From a virus: DNA of 64,000 nt. Every line of letters begins with the position of its first letter. Positions within the stretch are counted from its first letter, which is position 1. Position numbers and translations under genes: made by a program. The stretch lies in the IMG/VR virus record IMGVR_UViG_3300022752_000001, positions 1-64,000 of that record; one strand, written 5' to 3'. Of the stretch, positions 47,174 through 56,601 are shown piece after piece. The notes beneath the pieces are model-generated. The model was not told the origin of the DNA, did not search any database, and was given only the letters and a program-made list of their open reading frames with translations.

Positions 47174-49519
47174 ATGATCATAACAAACTCAAGACAGACA
47201 CCATTCCAGTCAGCACAGTTTGTAGAAAAACAATTCAGTATCCGCATCAACCCTAAACTATTCGAGGCTCTCGGTTCGTTGTACACGGACCCAATCCTAG
47301 CCATCTGCCGTGAGTACATGACCAATGCAGATGAAGCGCACCAGCTTGCTGGTCACAAGCAACCGATCCGGGTTACGTTACCCACGGTACTAAAGCCTGA
47401 GCTTGCCATCGAGGACAAGGGTCCTGGCTTATCGCAAGATAAGATCTTTGAGCTGTTCACCACATACGGTGCAAGCGGCGACGAGAAAGAGACAAGCAAT
47501 GCATACGAGGGTGGCTTTGGTCTAGGCGGTAAGTGCTGGCGGTCCTATGCCGACAGCATCATCGTCGAGTCCAAGCACGACGGGACAAAGACAACCTACT
47601 CGTTCTTTTTGGACGAAACAGGTATGGGTAAGGCTGCTGTACTTGATAAGACCGCAGTCACCGGCACGGGTGTAACCATCCGTATCCCCATCAAGAAGGA
47701 TGACATCGGTACCTTTACTGCACGTGCAGTAAAGATTGGCTCAATGTTTCCTGTCCGACCTACCTTCACCAACCTGACCGACGCACAGTTCAAGGAAGAG
47801 CTGAGCGATGACATGAACTTCGAAACACGCAGTGTTATCCATAAGACGGATAAGTTCACTTACTTCGGTGACGGCAACGCTTCGTTTGTTCGCATGGGTA
47901 GGCTGATCTACCCCGTCAACAGTCAGCATCTTCCCTCCAACTTCAGCGAGATTCTCAAGAGTCTGCTCGAAGCTGGCGTGTTGATTAACTTTGCTGTTGG
48001 CGAACTGGATCTTGCGCCTAGTCGTGAGACGCTTAAGTACACCACCAAAACCGTATCGGCTTTGTTTGGTGAGCTGAAAGCTGCGGCTGACGGGATGGCA
48101 AAAGGTATCTTGAAGGAAGTTAACGACCTTCCCTCCGAACACTTGGCCATCATCAAGATCAACGAGCTGACCCGCAAGTCGTACCGAGGCGGTGGATATC
48201 ACAGTAATCATGTGGAAAAGTTCAGCAGCATGTTGGCTGAGAAGCTGGACAAGAAGTGGACGTGGCAGGGTAAACCCCTTCTGCATAACACCTATGCGCT
48301 GGACAAAGCATTCCCACCTGAGCCGGCTAACTACCAGAACACCACGGTTGAGTACTACAAGTCGCTAGGTTTGAGCAGTCGTGTGTTCTGGTTGAAGAAT
48401 TGGGGTACTAAAAACCTACAGTTCCAAGACGAACGGGAGATCATCCCGTCCAAGCGTGCTGCCTTTGTAACCACGGGCACTCGCATGTCCTCGCCCAATG
48501 CAAGGATTAAAAAGTACCTCAACGATAACAAGGAGTTTGACCACGTTTATGTGCTGGGTCTTAGCGACGCAGCCAAAGCCAAGGTCATGGCCAAGTACCC
48601 GGGATTGATGAGCCTACCGTTCATTGAAGCCGATACCTTGCCGCTACCTGAAAGGGACAGCTCCGGCGATGGCAACACAGCTGCTGGCGTCAAGAGTAAG
48701 AAGCACTGCAAGGGCAACGTGTTTGTGTTCGATGGCAATAACTCGGATGCAGATAAACGTTCAGACTTGTGGAGCATAACCAAAGACTACGACTTAGACG
48801 TACAAGAGATCTATGTCGTGTTGGATAACTTCCACGCGACCACCCTGAAGGGTGCGCACTTTGGTATGTGTCTCAACACCGCCAGGGAAGCATTGGCCTC
48901 AGTAGGTATGAAGTTTGATTACATCCACGGTATCAAGACTAGCGAACTGGATAAGGTTAAAGACTCCAAGTGGTTGCATATCACCGAAGCTTTCGACTTA
49001 GCCTGCGCCAAGCTTGATGCTGACGAAGCATTGAAGGCCAAGGTCTACCCGATCATGGTTTACTCGATGGCAAGCAAAGGACTTCATTGGTCCAGTCGAC
49101 CAAAGAACATGACGGAGAAACAACACGGCAATCTGTCTTATCTGAAAGAAATGCTTAAACGAGTGACCTCGTTTGTTCAAGGCACAAAAGGACTTGATGA
49201 AGTTCTCTTGGATATTAACCGCGAGTTCCAAGCGTTAAGCGATGAACGCGCAACCTACGACAGTTGGTTGAGCATGGCGTATACCCTCGACTTTGATTGG
49301 TCAAAGGTTGTGGGGTATGAGCCAGCAGTCTTCGACAAGATGCGTTTGTTACTCAGACATTACCCACTGCTGCGTTACTTCAATTACAACTCCAATGTTC
49401 TGAACGAAACGTTCAAATCTAAAGGAGTCGCAGCTTTGAATGAATACATAACTTTGAAGCAACCCCTGGTTCAGAAGAATCAGGCTCAGCTTCCCAACAA
49501 AGAAAGAGAGGTAGCATGA
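47174..49519 (+). CDS. rIIA: rIIA-like protein (GHKL ATPase N-terminus)
   Basis: LYTDPILAICREYMTNA, D.GPGLS, GGFGLGGK, GELDLAPSRETL. Confidence 0.85.
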   Translation: MIITNSRQTPFQSAQFVEKQFSIRINPKLFEALGSLYTDPILAICREYMTNADEAHQLAGHKQPIRVTLPTVLKPELAIEDKGPGLSQDKIFELFTTYGASGDEKETSNAYEGGFGLGGKCWRSYADSIIVESKHDGTKTTYSFFLDETGMGKAAVLDKTAVTGTGVTIRIPIKKDDIGTFTARAVKIGSMFPVRPTFTNLTDAQFKEELSDDMNFETRSVIHKTDKFTYFGDGNASFVRMGRLIYPVNSQHLPSNFSEILKSLLEAGVLINFAVGELDLAPSRETLKYTTKTVSALFGELKAAADGMAKGILKEVNDLPSEHLAIIKINELTRKSYRGGGYHSNHVEKFSSMLAEKLDKKWTWQGKPLLHNTYALDKAFPPEPANYQNTTVEYYKSLGLSSRVFWLKNWGTKNLQFQDEREIIPSKRAAFVTTGTRMSSPNARIKKYLNDNKEFDHVYVLGLSDAAKAKVMAKYPGLMSLPFIEADTLPLPERDSSGDGNTAAGVKSKKHCKGNVFVFDGNNSDADKRSDLWSITKDYDLDVQEIYVVLDNFHATTLKGAHFGMCLNTAREALASVGMKFDYIHGIKTSELDKVKDSKWLHITEAFDLACAKLDADEALKAKVYPIMVYSMASKGLHWSSRPKNMTEKQHGNLSYLKEMLKRVTSFVQGTKGLDEVLLDINREFQALSDERATYDSWLSMAYTLDFDWSKVVGYEPAVFDKMRLLLRHYPLLRYFNYNSNVLNETFKSKGVAALNEYITLKQPLVQKNQAQLPNKEREVA

Positions 49520-50358
49520 ACATAATCATAACCGAAAACGACCTGACTGCGGTCATCAACAACAAGTCCTACACCCTTCGAAAGGAACACCCAAACTTCC
49601 GATTGGTGGTGGACGGCATCAAGAACAAGCTTCCTGAAACGGAAATCGTTGACTTGATGGACGTCACTAAGAGCGTTGTTCACTACACCAACGGTAAGGT
49701 GGAAGTGCGTAACGGCCAGGTGTTCTACGACAACGAGCCAGTACAAGGCACGTTGGTAGAGCGTCTGCTCAGCTTTATGCAGGAAGGTCTCCCGCATGAA
49801 CCCTACATAAAGTTCTTAGAGAACCTTATGCAGAACCCCAGCAGTCGTAGCCGGTCTCAGTTGTACCGCTTCCTTGAGCACAAGAGTCTGCCCATCACAG
49901 ATGATGGCTGCTTCCTTGCATACAAGGGGGTCAGAGATAACTACCTGGACTGCCACTCTGGCACGATCGACAACCATCCCGGACGGCGCATTACCATGCC
50001 CCGCTCCAGGATCTCGGACGATCCTGACCTGGGTTGTCACACCGGGTTACACGTGGGTAGCGAGGAGTATGCGACCAGCTTTGGTCAGCGTACCGTCATC
50101 GTTAAGGTTAACCCTCGTGACGTGGTGTCTGTGCCACTCGACTGCGAGTGCCAAAAGATGCGGGTCTGTGAGTATGAAGTGACGTCGGACTACGCCGGCT
50201 CCATGCGTCAGACCTACAGCTCCAACAACACTGGGTATGGCGACAACGCCTACTACAACACCGATGACGGCTGGGGTGAAGAGGATGAGTCGGGTGCGCA
50301 CAGCACATCAGTCCTCAACCCTAATCGTTACGAATACAAGTTCACACATCAGGTCTAA
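49516..50358 (+). CDS. rIIB: rIIB-like protein
   Basis: ITDDGCFLAYK, C..GLHVG, VKVNPRDVVSVP.D....KMRVCEYEV. Confidence 0.85.
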   Translation: MNIIITENDLTAVINNKSYTLRKEHPNFRLVVDGIKNKLPETEIVDLMDVTKSVVHYTNGKVEVRNGQVFYDNEPVQGTLVERLLSFMQEGLPHEPYIKFLENLMQNPSSRSRSQLYRFLEHKSLPITDDGCFLAYKGVRDNYLDCHSGTIDNHPGRRITMPRSRISDDPDLGCHTGLHVGSEEYATSFGQRTVIVKVNPRDVVSVPLDCECQKMRVCEYEVTSDYAGSMRQTYSSNNTGYGDNAYYNTDDGWGEEDESGAHSTSVLNPNRYEYKFTHQV

Positions 50359-50431
50359 TTACTGACTGATGATGGCCAGTAAGGGGCGGTCGCCCCTATT
50401 CGACCGCCCCTGAAAACCATAAGGAGGACAC

Positions 50432-50632
50432 ATGAGTGGAGTTACATACGGACAGTGGCAAGCAAGGATGACGTCTCAAGCTGCAGCTGAAAACTCTCGT
50501 GAATACCACGATCTTAAATGTCAGATGCTCAGGCTAGAGAATCAAAAGCTTAAGGAAGAAATCCTTAAGCTGCAAAAAGACAACAACATAATTGAACGGG
50601 AGCAACAGCTCCAGTCGGATCGTTGGGCATGA
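50432..50632 (+). CDS. coiled-coil hypothetical protein
   Basis: AAGGAGG RBS. Confidence 0.5.
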   Translation: MSGVTYGQWQARMTSQAAAENSREYHDLKCQMLRLENQKLKEEILKLQKDNNIIEREQQLQSDRWA

Positions 50633-50847
50633 GCCTGCTCAACAAAGCAGCAGTTAAACGCAGTGCCCTTGACCTGGCGTCAGCCAAGTTCAAGGAGCGC
50701 AACAAGACTAGGTTGGAGATGGGCATCGCCCCGCTGAAGGCTGCGCCTTCACGGGTCAGCGGCGAGTTCATCGACAACTTCGAAGCCAAGGTGATTGGCT
50801 TACTCAACAGTATGGTCAGCGACCATAAGACAGGAGCAACACTATGA
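50629..50847 (+). CDS. hypothetical protein
   Basis: coupled ORF. Confidence 0.5.
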   Translation: MSLLNKAAVKRSALDLASAKFKERNKTRLEMGIAPLKAAPSRVSGEFIDNFEAKVIGLLNSMVSDHKTGATL

Positions 50848-51116
50848 AGAAACCTAAGATGCATTATTACTTTGGGGAAGTTGAAGAACACAACGGCGAG
50901 TATGAATACAACCAGAAGTATTTATTCAAGACCACAGGCAACCCAGAAGAATATACCAAGAAAGTCGCTCGAGATTGGTACGGCGAAGACTCATCGAGAA
51001 CCGAAGAAGACGGCGGCTTCTGGCATAACGGTGAAGTTATAACTTACCCCGGGTCACATCAGAGAATATCTGAAGACAACTTCAAAGTAATGAAACGGTA
51101 CTTACTTGTACTGTAA
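50844..51116 (+). CDS. hypothetical protein
   Basis: AGGAG RBS. Confidence 0.5.
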   Translation: MKKPKMHYYFGEVEEHNGEYEYNQKYLFKTTGNPEEYTKKVARDWYGEDSSRTEEDGGFWHNGEVITYPGSHQRISEDNFKVMKRYLLVL

Positions 51117-51133
51117 CCGAAAGAAACAACACC

Positions 51134-51772
51134 ATGACATTAGCTATGGCTGAGTCCATGATCGGGGCTCTGTCCAACCCAAGTAAGATGCCCGGCTGGG
51201 GCTGGGGTATCTCCGCACTCAACTGCAACATCGGCAGCAAGCTAAGAGAAGTAGTCGATAGCATATGCGCTGAGTGCTACGCCCTACGCAATCATTACGT
51301 CATGCAGAATGTGGTGCAGGCTCACGCTAAGCGTCAGCTTGCATCCAACCGCGATGATTGGGTCGACCTCATGGCGTTTATGATCAACGCCAAATCAAAG
51401 AACAAAGGCGGAGACGCCTTCCGTTGGTTTGATTCGGGCGACCTTCAGTCGGTACAATTACTGACAAAAATCTGTCAGGTTTGCGTCAAGACACCCAAGG
51501 TAAAGCACTACCTACCTACAAAGGAATACAAGATCGTACAGGATTATGTCCAGGGTGGAGGGGTTATCCCTGACAACCTGTGCATCAGGCTGTCCGCTTA
51601 CATCATTGACGGTCCCCTGCCTCAAGCCTTGGCCCAACGCCTCGGCGTACAGACAGCTTCAACCGTAACTAGCAACGCTACCTGCCCAGCCAAACAGCAG
51701 AACAACAAGTGCTTGGACTGCCGCATTTGCTGGGACAAATCCACACCCAGCGTCAGCTACATCAAACATTAA
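51134..51772 (+). CDS. Gp88-like Cys-rich (Fe-S/radical SAM-like) protein
   Basis: SKMPG, C..CYA, FRWFDSGD, CPA..Q..KC.DCR.CWD. Confidence 0.75.
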   Translation: MTLAMAESMIGALSNPSKMPGWGWGISALNCNIGSKLREVVDSICAECYALRNHYVMQNVVQAHAKRQLASNRDDWVDLMAFMINAKSKNKGGDAFRWFDSGDLQSVQLLTKICQVCVKTPKVKHYLPTKEYKIVQDYVQGGGVIPDNLCIRLSAYIIDGPLPQALAQRLGVQTASTVTSNATCPAKQQNNKCLDCRICWDKSTPSVSYIKH

Positions 51773-51782
51773 GAAAGGATAC

Positions 51783-52355
51783 ATGATACAACCCATTAAC
51801 CCTGTCAATGTTACGGACTACCAAAGAGACGACGCCAACCTTCAAGCCTTCTGGATCTTCTGCGTACTGACCGCCGGCAAGAATGCCGACACGGCAGCAA
51901 AGAAAGTATCGGAGCTACTAAACCGATTCACCACGCAGAAACCCTTTGAGTACATACGACAGCTTGGTCCTATTGCCCTGCGCAACGCCCTGCTCTCCGC
52001 CAAAAGCGGACAGTATGAGCGGATCTCCCAAGCTTTAATGGAGTCATGCAGCCTGAACTTACGACACGCAACAACGGATGAACTGGACGAGGTCTACGGT
52101 GTAGGCCCCAAGACAGCCAGGTTCTTCATCCTACATACCAGACCCTTGGTTAGGGTCGCTGTGCTCGACACCCACATCCTCAAATGGATGAAGAGTGTCG
52201 GCGTAGAAGATGTGCCTGAGGCATCCCCAACAGACAAAGAAGTGTACGAAAAGTATGAACGCATTTGGCTCACGCTTTACCCGTCACACTTCCCCAACTG
52301 CACGCCGGCTCAAGCCGACTTGCTTATCTGGAGATTAATGAGCGGACGCGAATGA
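51783..52355 (+). CDS. HhH DNA glycosylase-like protein (Ogg-like)
   Basis: GVGPKTARFF HhH with Lys; VLDTHI Asp. Confidence 0.7.
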   Translation: MIQPINPVNVTDYQRDDANLQAFWIFCVLTAGKNADTAAKKVSELLNRFTTQKPFEYIRQLGPIALRNALLSAKSGQYERISQALMESCSLNLRHATTDELDEVYGVGPKTARFFILHTRPLVRVAVLDTHILKWMKSVGVEDVPEASPTDKEVYEKYERIWLTLYPSHFPNCTPAQADLLIWRLMSGRE

Positions 52356-52564
52356 GATTCTTTTACCACTTCAACAAACCCTTATCGGTACAACGCAAGG
52401 ACGTCTGGTGGACTATTCACTACCAGGGTCGTTGCGTTCCCATCGCAGGTTTCGACTGCCGTGTGCCGACACACGATCGCAAACGAAAATCACAACCCCG
52501 TGCCGTTGTCTGGGGCGATGCCCATAGCATCAGCATACAAGACAACCGCGCAATTATTACATGA
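52352..52564 (+). CDS. hypothetical protein
   Basis: MRFFYHFNKP coupled ORF. Confidence 0.5.
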   Translation: MRFFYHFNKPLSVQRKDVWWTIHYQGRCVPIAGFDCRVPTHDRKRKSQPRAVVWGDAHSISIQDNRAIIT

Positions 52565-52791
52565 AGGAAAACCCTATGACGACATACGCCATTAAGAATA
52601 ACCGCAACCTTTGGCTCTCAATCGACGATACATGGCTTAGCCTTGAAGAAGGCATACGCCAAGACACGATACGTGGCTACACAGAATTGGACGCAGTTAA
52701 CGAGGATCTACTCAAGTACCAGGAGGAGAAAGCTAATGTTTCCTACCACCCCTGGCAGATGGGTAAGACACGGGAACTGCAGCTTACATGA
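52561..52791 (+). CDS. hypothetical protein
   Basis: coupled ORF. Confidence 0.45.
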   Translation: MKENPMTTYAIKNNRNLWLSIDDTWLSLEEGIRQDTIRGYTELDAVNEDLLKYQEEKANVSYHPWQMGKTRELQLT

Positions 52792-53432
52792 CAGCCGCCA
52801 TTAGGGATCTCTACTACAACCTTAAACAATCCGACATCGACAGCTACACCCGCTACTGGGATGCAATTAATCCCAGAGGAAATAAGATGCGGGAGTTCAA
52901 GTTCTGGATGTTCAGTATCTTTGCAGCCAACATGGGCTGGGAAGACAACGTCAAGTGCATGGAAGCTGTCGGTAACCACAATGATTGGATCGACAATACA
53001 GCCGAGTTGGAACGTAGACTGTACAACGCACGCACTGGTTTATGGCGGAGCAAAGCCAGAGACATCCAGCGTTTCACGCAGTTGTTTATGCACAAGTATC
53101 ACAGCTTTGTGCGTCAATCCAACGAAAGCTGTACCGAATACCGCAATCGCATTGCTGAGACTGTCCCTGGTTTAGGGCTGGCTAAAGCCAGCTTTGCCAT
53201 TGGCATGTTGAATCCTAGCTGCATGGTCGTCTGCTTGGATCGATTAATCTTGCGTGGAATTCATGCATTAAAAGGACGGCAAGTAAACAAAACGGAGTAC
53301 ACAAAAATGGAGAACCATTGGACTAGACTCGCTTCTGACTATGACGTTAAACCGTTCATTGCCAGAGAGATATGGTGGAACAAGCTTCAAGGCTTTAAGT
53401 CCACACGATATTGGAGTAAGACATTGGAATGA
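52788..53432 (+). CDS. second HhH DNA glycosylase-like protein
   Basis: GLW..KA, PGLGLAKASFA, VCLDRLI. Confidence 0.6.
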   Translation: MTAAIRDLYYNLKQSDIDSYTRYWDAINPRGNKMREFKFWMFSIFAANMGWEDNVKCMEAVGNHNDWIDNTAELERRLYNARTGLWRSKARDIQRFTQLFMHKYHSFVRQSNESCTEYRNRIAETVPGLGLAKASFAIGMLNPSCMVVCLDRLILRGIHALKGRQVNKTEYTKMENHWTRLASDYDVKPFIAREIWWNKLQGFKSTRYWSKTLE

Positions 53433-54016
53433 CCAACAAGCGATTATTATGGAGAGCAGATAAAGACTATAAACATTATGAACAAGGAGACATTAAACTC
53501 GGCGTAGATCTTGCCAACTGGGCTCATGCCCAGACGCAAATTGAGCTTAAGAACTCCAAGCAATTAGCCAAGAAAAGCAAAACGTATTGGATGACCTGGG
53601 ATGAATGCAGTGAGTATTACCAAAAGCACTGCAATCATGTACTGCCTCATGATTGTGAGTTTGGCCATAAGAACTGTTCAGATACCCCCAACGGTGTCTG
53701 CGTTTATTGTACCGCCATGTTTGAATACATGCGTGTTCATGAGTCATCGTTGCTTGCTGCATTCCAAGACGAAAGGATCCAGGAGATCCTTGGCCCGGAG
53801 GAAGTCAACGCATACTACCAACGTATGCTTGGCTATGACGCCGAGCTTAACAAAGATATCAACAAGAACCTTCTTAGTAAGAAGTGTCTGATCGATATTC
53901 CTTCAAGATATAAAGGTCAAGGCCAGCAGTTAAAGGAGCTGTACGATGCCTTCAAGGGTCCAAGCCCGATGGTCAGGGCTGACGATCCTCCAGAACCACC
54001 CTGTAAAGTGTTCTAG
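53429..54016 (+). CDS. hypothetical Cys-rich protein
   Basis: last plus-strand ORF. Confidence 0.5.
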   Translation: MTNKRLLWRADKDYKHYEQGDIKLGVDLANWAHAQTQIELKNSKQLAKKSKTYWMTWDECSEYYQKHCNHVLPHDCEFGHKNCSDTPNGVCVYCTAMFEYMRVHESSLLAAFQDERIQEILGPEEVNAYYQRMLGYDAELNKDINKNLLSKKCLIDIPSRYKGQGQQLKELYDAFKGPSPMVRADDPPEPPCKVF

Positions 54017-55347
54017 AAAAGCCTGCCAGACGGCGAGCGTCTCGATCCCCCACCTGCCATGGTGCCAAATCTTCCCGTGTTCACAAAGAAACGTGGAGGG
54101 GGTCGGACGTTCGCCGTTGTGGTAGATGAGGGGCTTGTGCCGTCCTCGTCATCTTCATTTTTTTTAAGCGGTTTAAAGTCGGGAATATTACCGGCAGACT
54201 GAACTCGATTGGCTTGCTTGGCAGCCAGCTCTGCAATCATCCCTTGTGTGTCGGGGTTGCTCAGGAATGACATAATGTCTGGCTCCAGGGCTTTGTCTTG
54301 AATCCCAATGGGTGCTTTGACTGCTTGCTCTGCCATCGCTACGGATTCCTTGACGGAAGGTTTGTAAGTATCTGCGGAAGGTTTGGGCTCAGGCGTCTTA
54401 TTGATTTGCTCCTGCTGTCTCCTGCTCAGCTCTTCAAAAGCCTTTTGGAAGTTACCCTCGGTAGCGTCCATACCTTTTTCTTTAAGCCAGTTGCTAGCTT
54501 CTTCAATCCCGATAGAAGGCACGTTCTTTGTGGGCTGCTCCGGCCCCGCTGACTTTGCGTTAGCTACTGCCGTAGGCTCTTCAGACTTTAAGATACTCAT
54601 AGCGTCCATAGCTTTGTCACCAACCATTGGTAGTAAAGTGCCACCAGCAAAAGCCCCAATCCCCGGCGCCCCCACTCTGCCTCCTAACGCCGCACCAACT
54701 TTTGAACCGATACCAACCAACGCGGTGTTTACTGCCTGACGAGCCAGCCTCTTATTTGACTCAGGTTTATCCAGGGCCTCCGTGAAAGACTGTCCCTTAT
54801 CCATATCTGACTTCATCTCCCATGCTCTACTGACAGCTGGAAAAGCAGCATACGCAGTCGCCATTTTATTATTTAACACCGCCTTACCTATCTTAGAACC
54901 CGAGGCTTTTCCTAAACCCTTACCTGTTGCCTCCTTAAGATTTTTAAATTCTTGCCCCAGGCCCTGCACATATTTTCCAAAAGGTCCCGCTTCTTTAGCC
55001 GCACCGGCCGCCGCCTTACCGGCTGTATCCGCTGCCGCTTTGCCAACCGCAGTCGCTTCAGCCGCAACCGCGTCCTTTGTAGCTTTGGCCGCAGGGTTAG
55101 TGGCTACGGACTTTAACTTGGCGCCCTTGGCTTTAGGGGTTGTAGTTCCAGCGGAAGCTTCAGCCTGCGGAACGCTTTGTGTTGGCTTTTGTTTGCTTGC
55201 CCACCCAGCGGGAAGCTCTGCTTTAACTTCCTTTAGTAAACCCTTTTCAAGCATATCCCCCAAGCGAGTTTGTTTTTCAAGGGGCTGCGTTTTAAGCCAC
55301 TCTCTTATCTTTGCTACCTGCTTGTCGCTTGCGGTCATTGTCGCCAT
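54013..55347 (-). CDS. internal virion/ejection-type protein
   Basis: A/K/G-rich with a glycine-zipper hydrophobic segment; own promoter. Confidence 0.45.
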   Translation of the reverse strand: MATMTASDKQVAKIREWLKTQPLEKQTRLGDMLEKGLLKEVKAELPAGWASKQKPTQSVPQAEASAGTTTPKAKGAKLKSVATNPAAKATKDAVAAEATAVGKAAADTAGKAAAGAAKEAGPFGKYVQGLGQEFKNLKEATGKGLGKASGSKIGKAVLNNKMATAYAAFPAVSRAWEMKSDMDKGQSFTEALDKPESNKRLARQAVNTALVGIGSKVGAALGGRVGAPGIGAFAGGTLLPMVGDKAMDAMSILKSEEPTAVANAKSAGPEQPTKNVPSIGIEEASNWLKEKGMDATEGNFQKAFEELSRRQQEQINKTPEPKPSADTYKPSVKESVAMAEQAVKAPIGIQDKALEPDIMSFLSNPDTQGMIAELAAKQANRVQSAGNIPDFKPLKKNEDDEDGTSPSSTTTANVRPPPRFFVNTGRFGTMAGGGSRRSPSGRLF

Positions 55348-55389
55348 ATGTATTACTCCTTTTTAGCTACTGTCAACTATTAGTCAATA

Positions 55390-55536
55390 TTATCGCTTGC
55401 CTAGCCCGCGTCGAGCTCTTGCTTGAAACTCTTTTTTGCCGTACTTCTTGCGCCCAATCCAAGCGGCCAAGGCTCTCGGATCCTGCGCCCCTTGCTTGTC
55501 CAGCTTGTTAACCAGCTTCTTATATTTGGAAATCAT
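55390..55536 (-). CDS. small basic protein
   Basis: DPRALAAWIGRKKYG; AAGGAG RBS. Confidence 0.6.
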   Translation of the reverse strand: MISKYKKLVNKLDKQGAQDPRALAAWIGRKKYGKKEFQARARRGLGKR

Positions 55537-55697
55537 TTTTGTTTTTGCTCCTTTTCCCATTGATCATCATCACCATCATCGTCTTTATCTTTAAAGGCCC
55601 AAGGCATACGACTGCCTGGGTGCTTAGAAAAAAGCCAGTCAGTTTCTGGATGCTCTTCACGGGCAATCTGTCTTGGTTTTCTTTTTTTACCGGCCAT
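55533..55697 (-). CDS. small charged protein
   Basis: 54-aa coupled ORF. Confidence 0.45.
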   Translation of the reverse strand: MAGKKRKPRQIAREEHPETDWLFSKHPGSRMPWAFKDKDDDGDDDQWEKEQKQK

Positions 55698-55699
55698 GA

Positions 55700-56560
55700 C
55701 TACCCGTTAAAGAACCCCGGGAACGTGTATCTTACTGGTTGTTCGTAGCCGAAAGTCGGCTTATTTAAACTGTTGGCGTAATCATCAAGCATCATGTTGG
55801 TTGCGTTTGACCCAGCCGAATCCCCTGCCCCTGCAAAACTGGACAGCAATCCCGCCAAGCCACCTATAATGTCCATACCATTGCCGGCCACTGCACCGCC
55901 CTCCATACCCTTCCCCATCAAGGCGCCTCGACTCGGGCTAGTCGAAGACATGAGGTTCTCACTAAAAGGAGACATACCACCATTGGCATTTGAACTCATT
56001 GGCTTACTCATTTGAGCCGATTCTTTTTTTAAAGAGAACTCAGGTTGCACATCTACGGGCTGACTGGTGGCCTGATTAGCTGCGGGCATTGATGACTTAA
56101 TCTCGGGGAGCAACCGGTCCACACTCTTCATTGCACCCATGATAGAGTTTGAATACTCGCGGGGATTGGTTGTGGCGTACCCAGAAGTGGCCAAGGCATT
56201 GGCAAAGCCCATAGGGTCTGCTTGCCCGCGAACATTCTTGTACCTATCTGTAGATAAAAACTTGGTGTACTCATCCGCGTACTGGTTGAAGTCATTAAAC
56301 TTTTTGAAGTCGGCCTCAGTATTAATCACCCTGCCGTTGACGGTCTCTTTAGTCGGCATCCGCACGGACGGCCCACCCTTCCACTCTTTAATTCCGCCGA
56401 AATTATTTGCTGCCTTCGCAAGCTTGCTTGTTCCCCAACCAGATTCCATAGCCCACTGCGCTATGACCGCATTACTTGGGACACCTAATCTTGCGGCTAC
56501 GCGTTCGGCGGGGACAACTGCTGCTCTGATGAAGTCGATCTGTTCTTGTCTTGTAGCCAT
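55700..56560 (-). CDS. GH73 (FlgJ-like) glucosaminidase, probably virion-associated
   Basis: IAQWAMESGWG, NNFGGIK, GYATT..YS. Confidence 0.85.
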   Translation of the reverse strand: MATRQEQIDFIRAAVVPAERVAARLGVPSNAVIAQWAMESGWGTSKLAKAANNFGGIKEWKGGPSVRMPTKETVNGRVINTEADFKKFNDFNQYADEYTKFLSTDRYKNVRGQADPMGFANALATSGYATTNPREYSNSIMGAMKSVDRLLPEIKSSMPAANQATSQPVDVQPEFSLKKESAQMSKPMSSNANGGMSPFSENLMSSTSPSRGALMGKGMEGGAVAGNGMDIIGGLAGLLSSFAGAGDSAGSNATNMMLDDYANSLNKPTFGYEQPVRYTFPGFFNG

Positions 56561-56601
56561 ATGTTTATATTCTAATTACTTACGTTTTTTGGTCAATAAT
56601 C

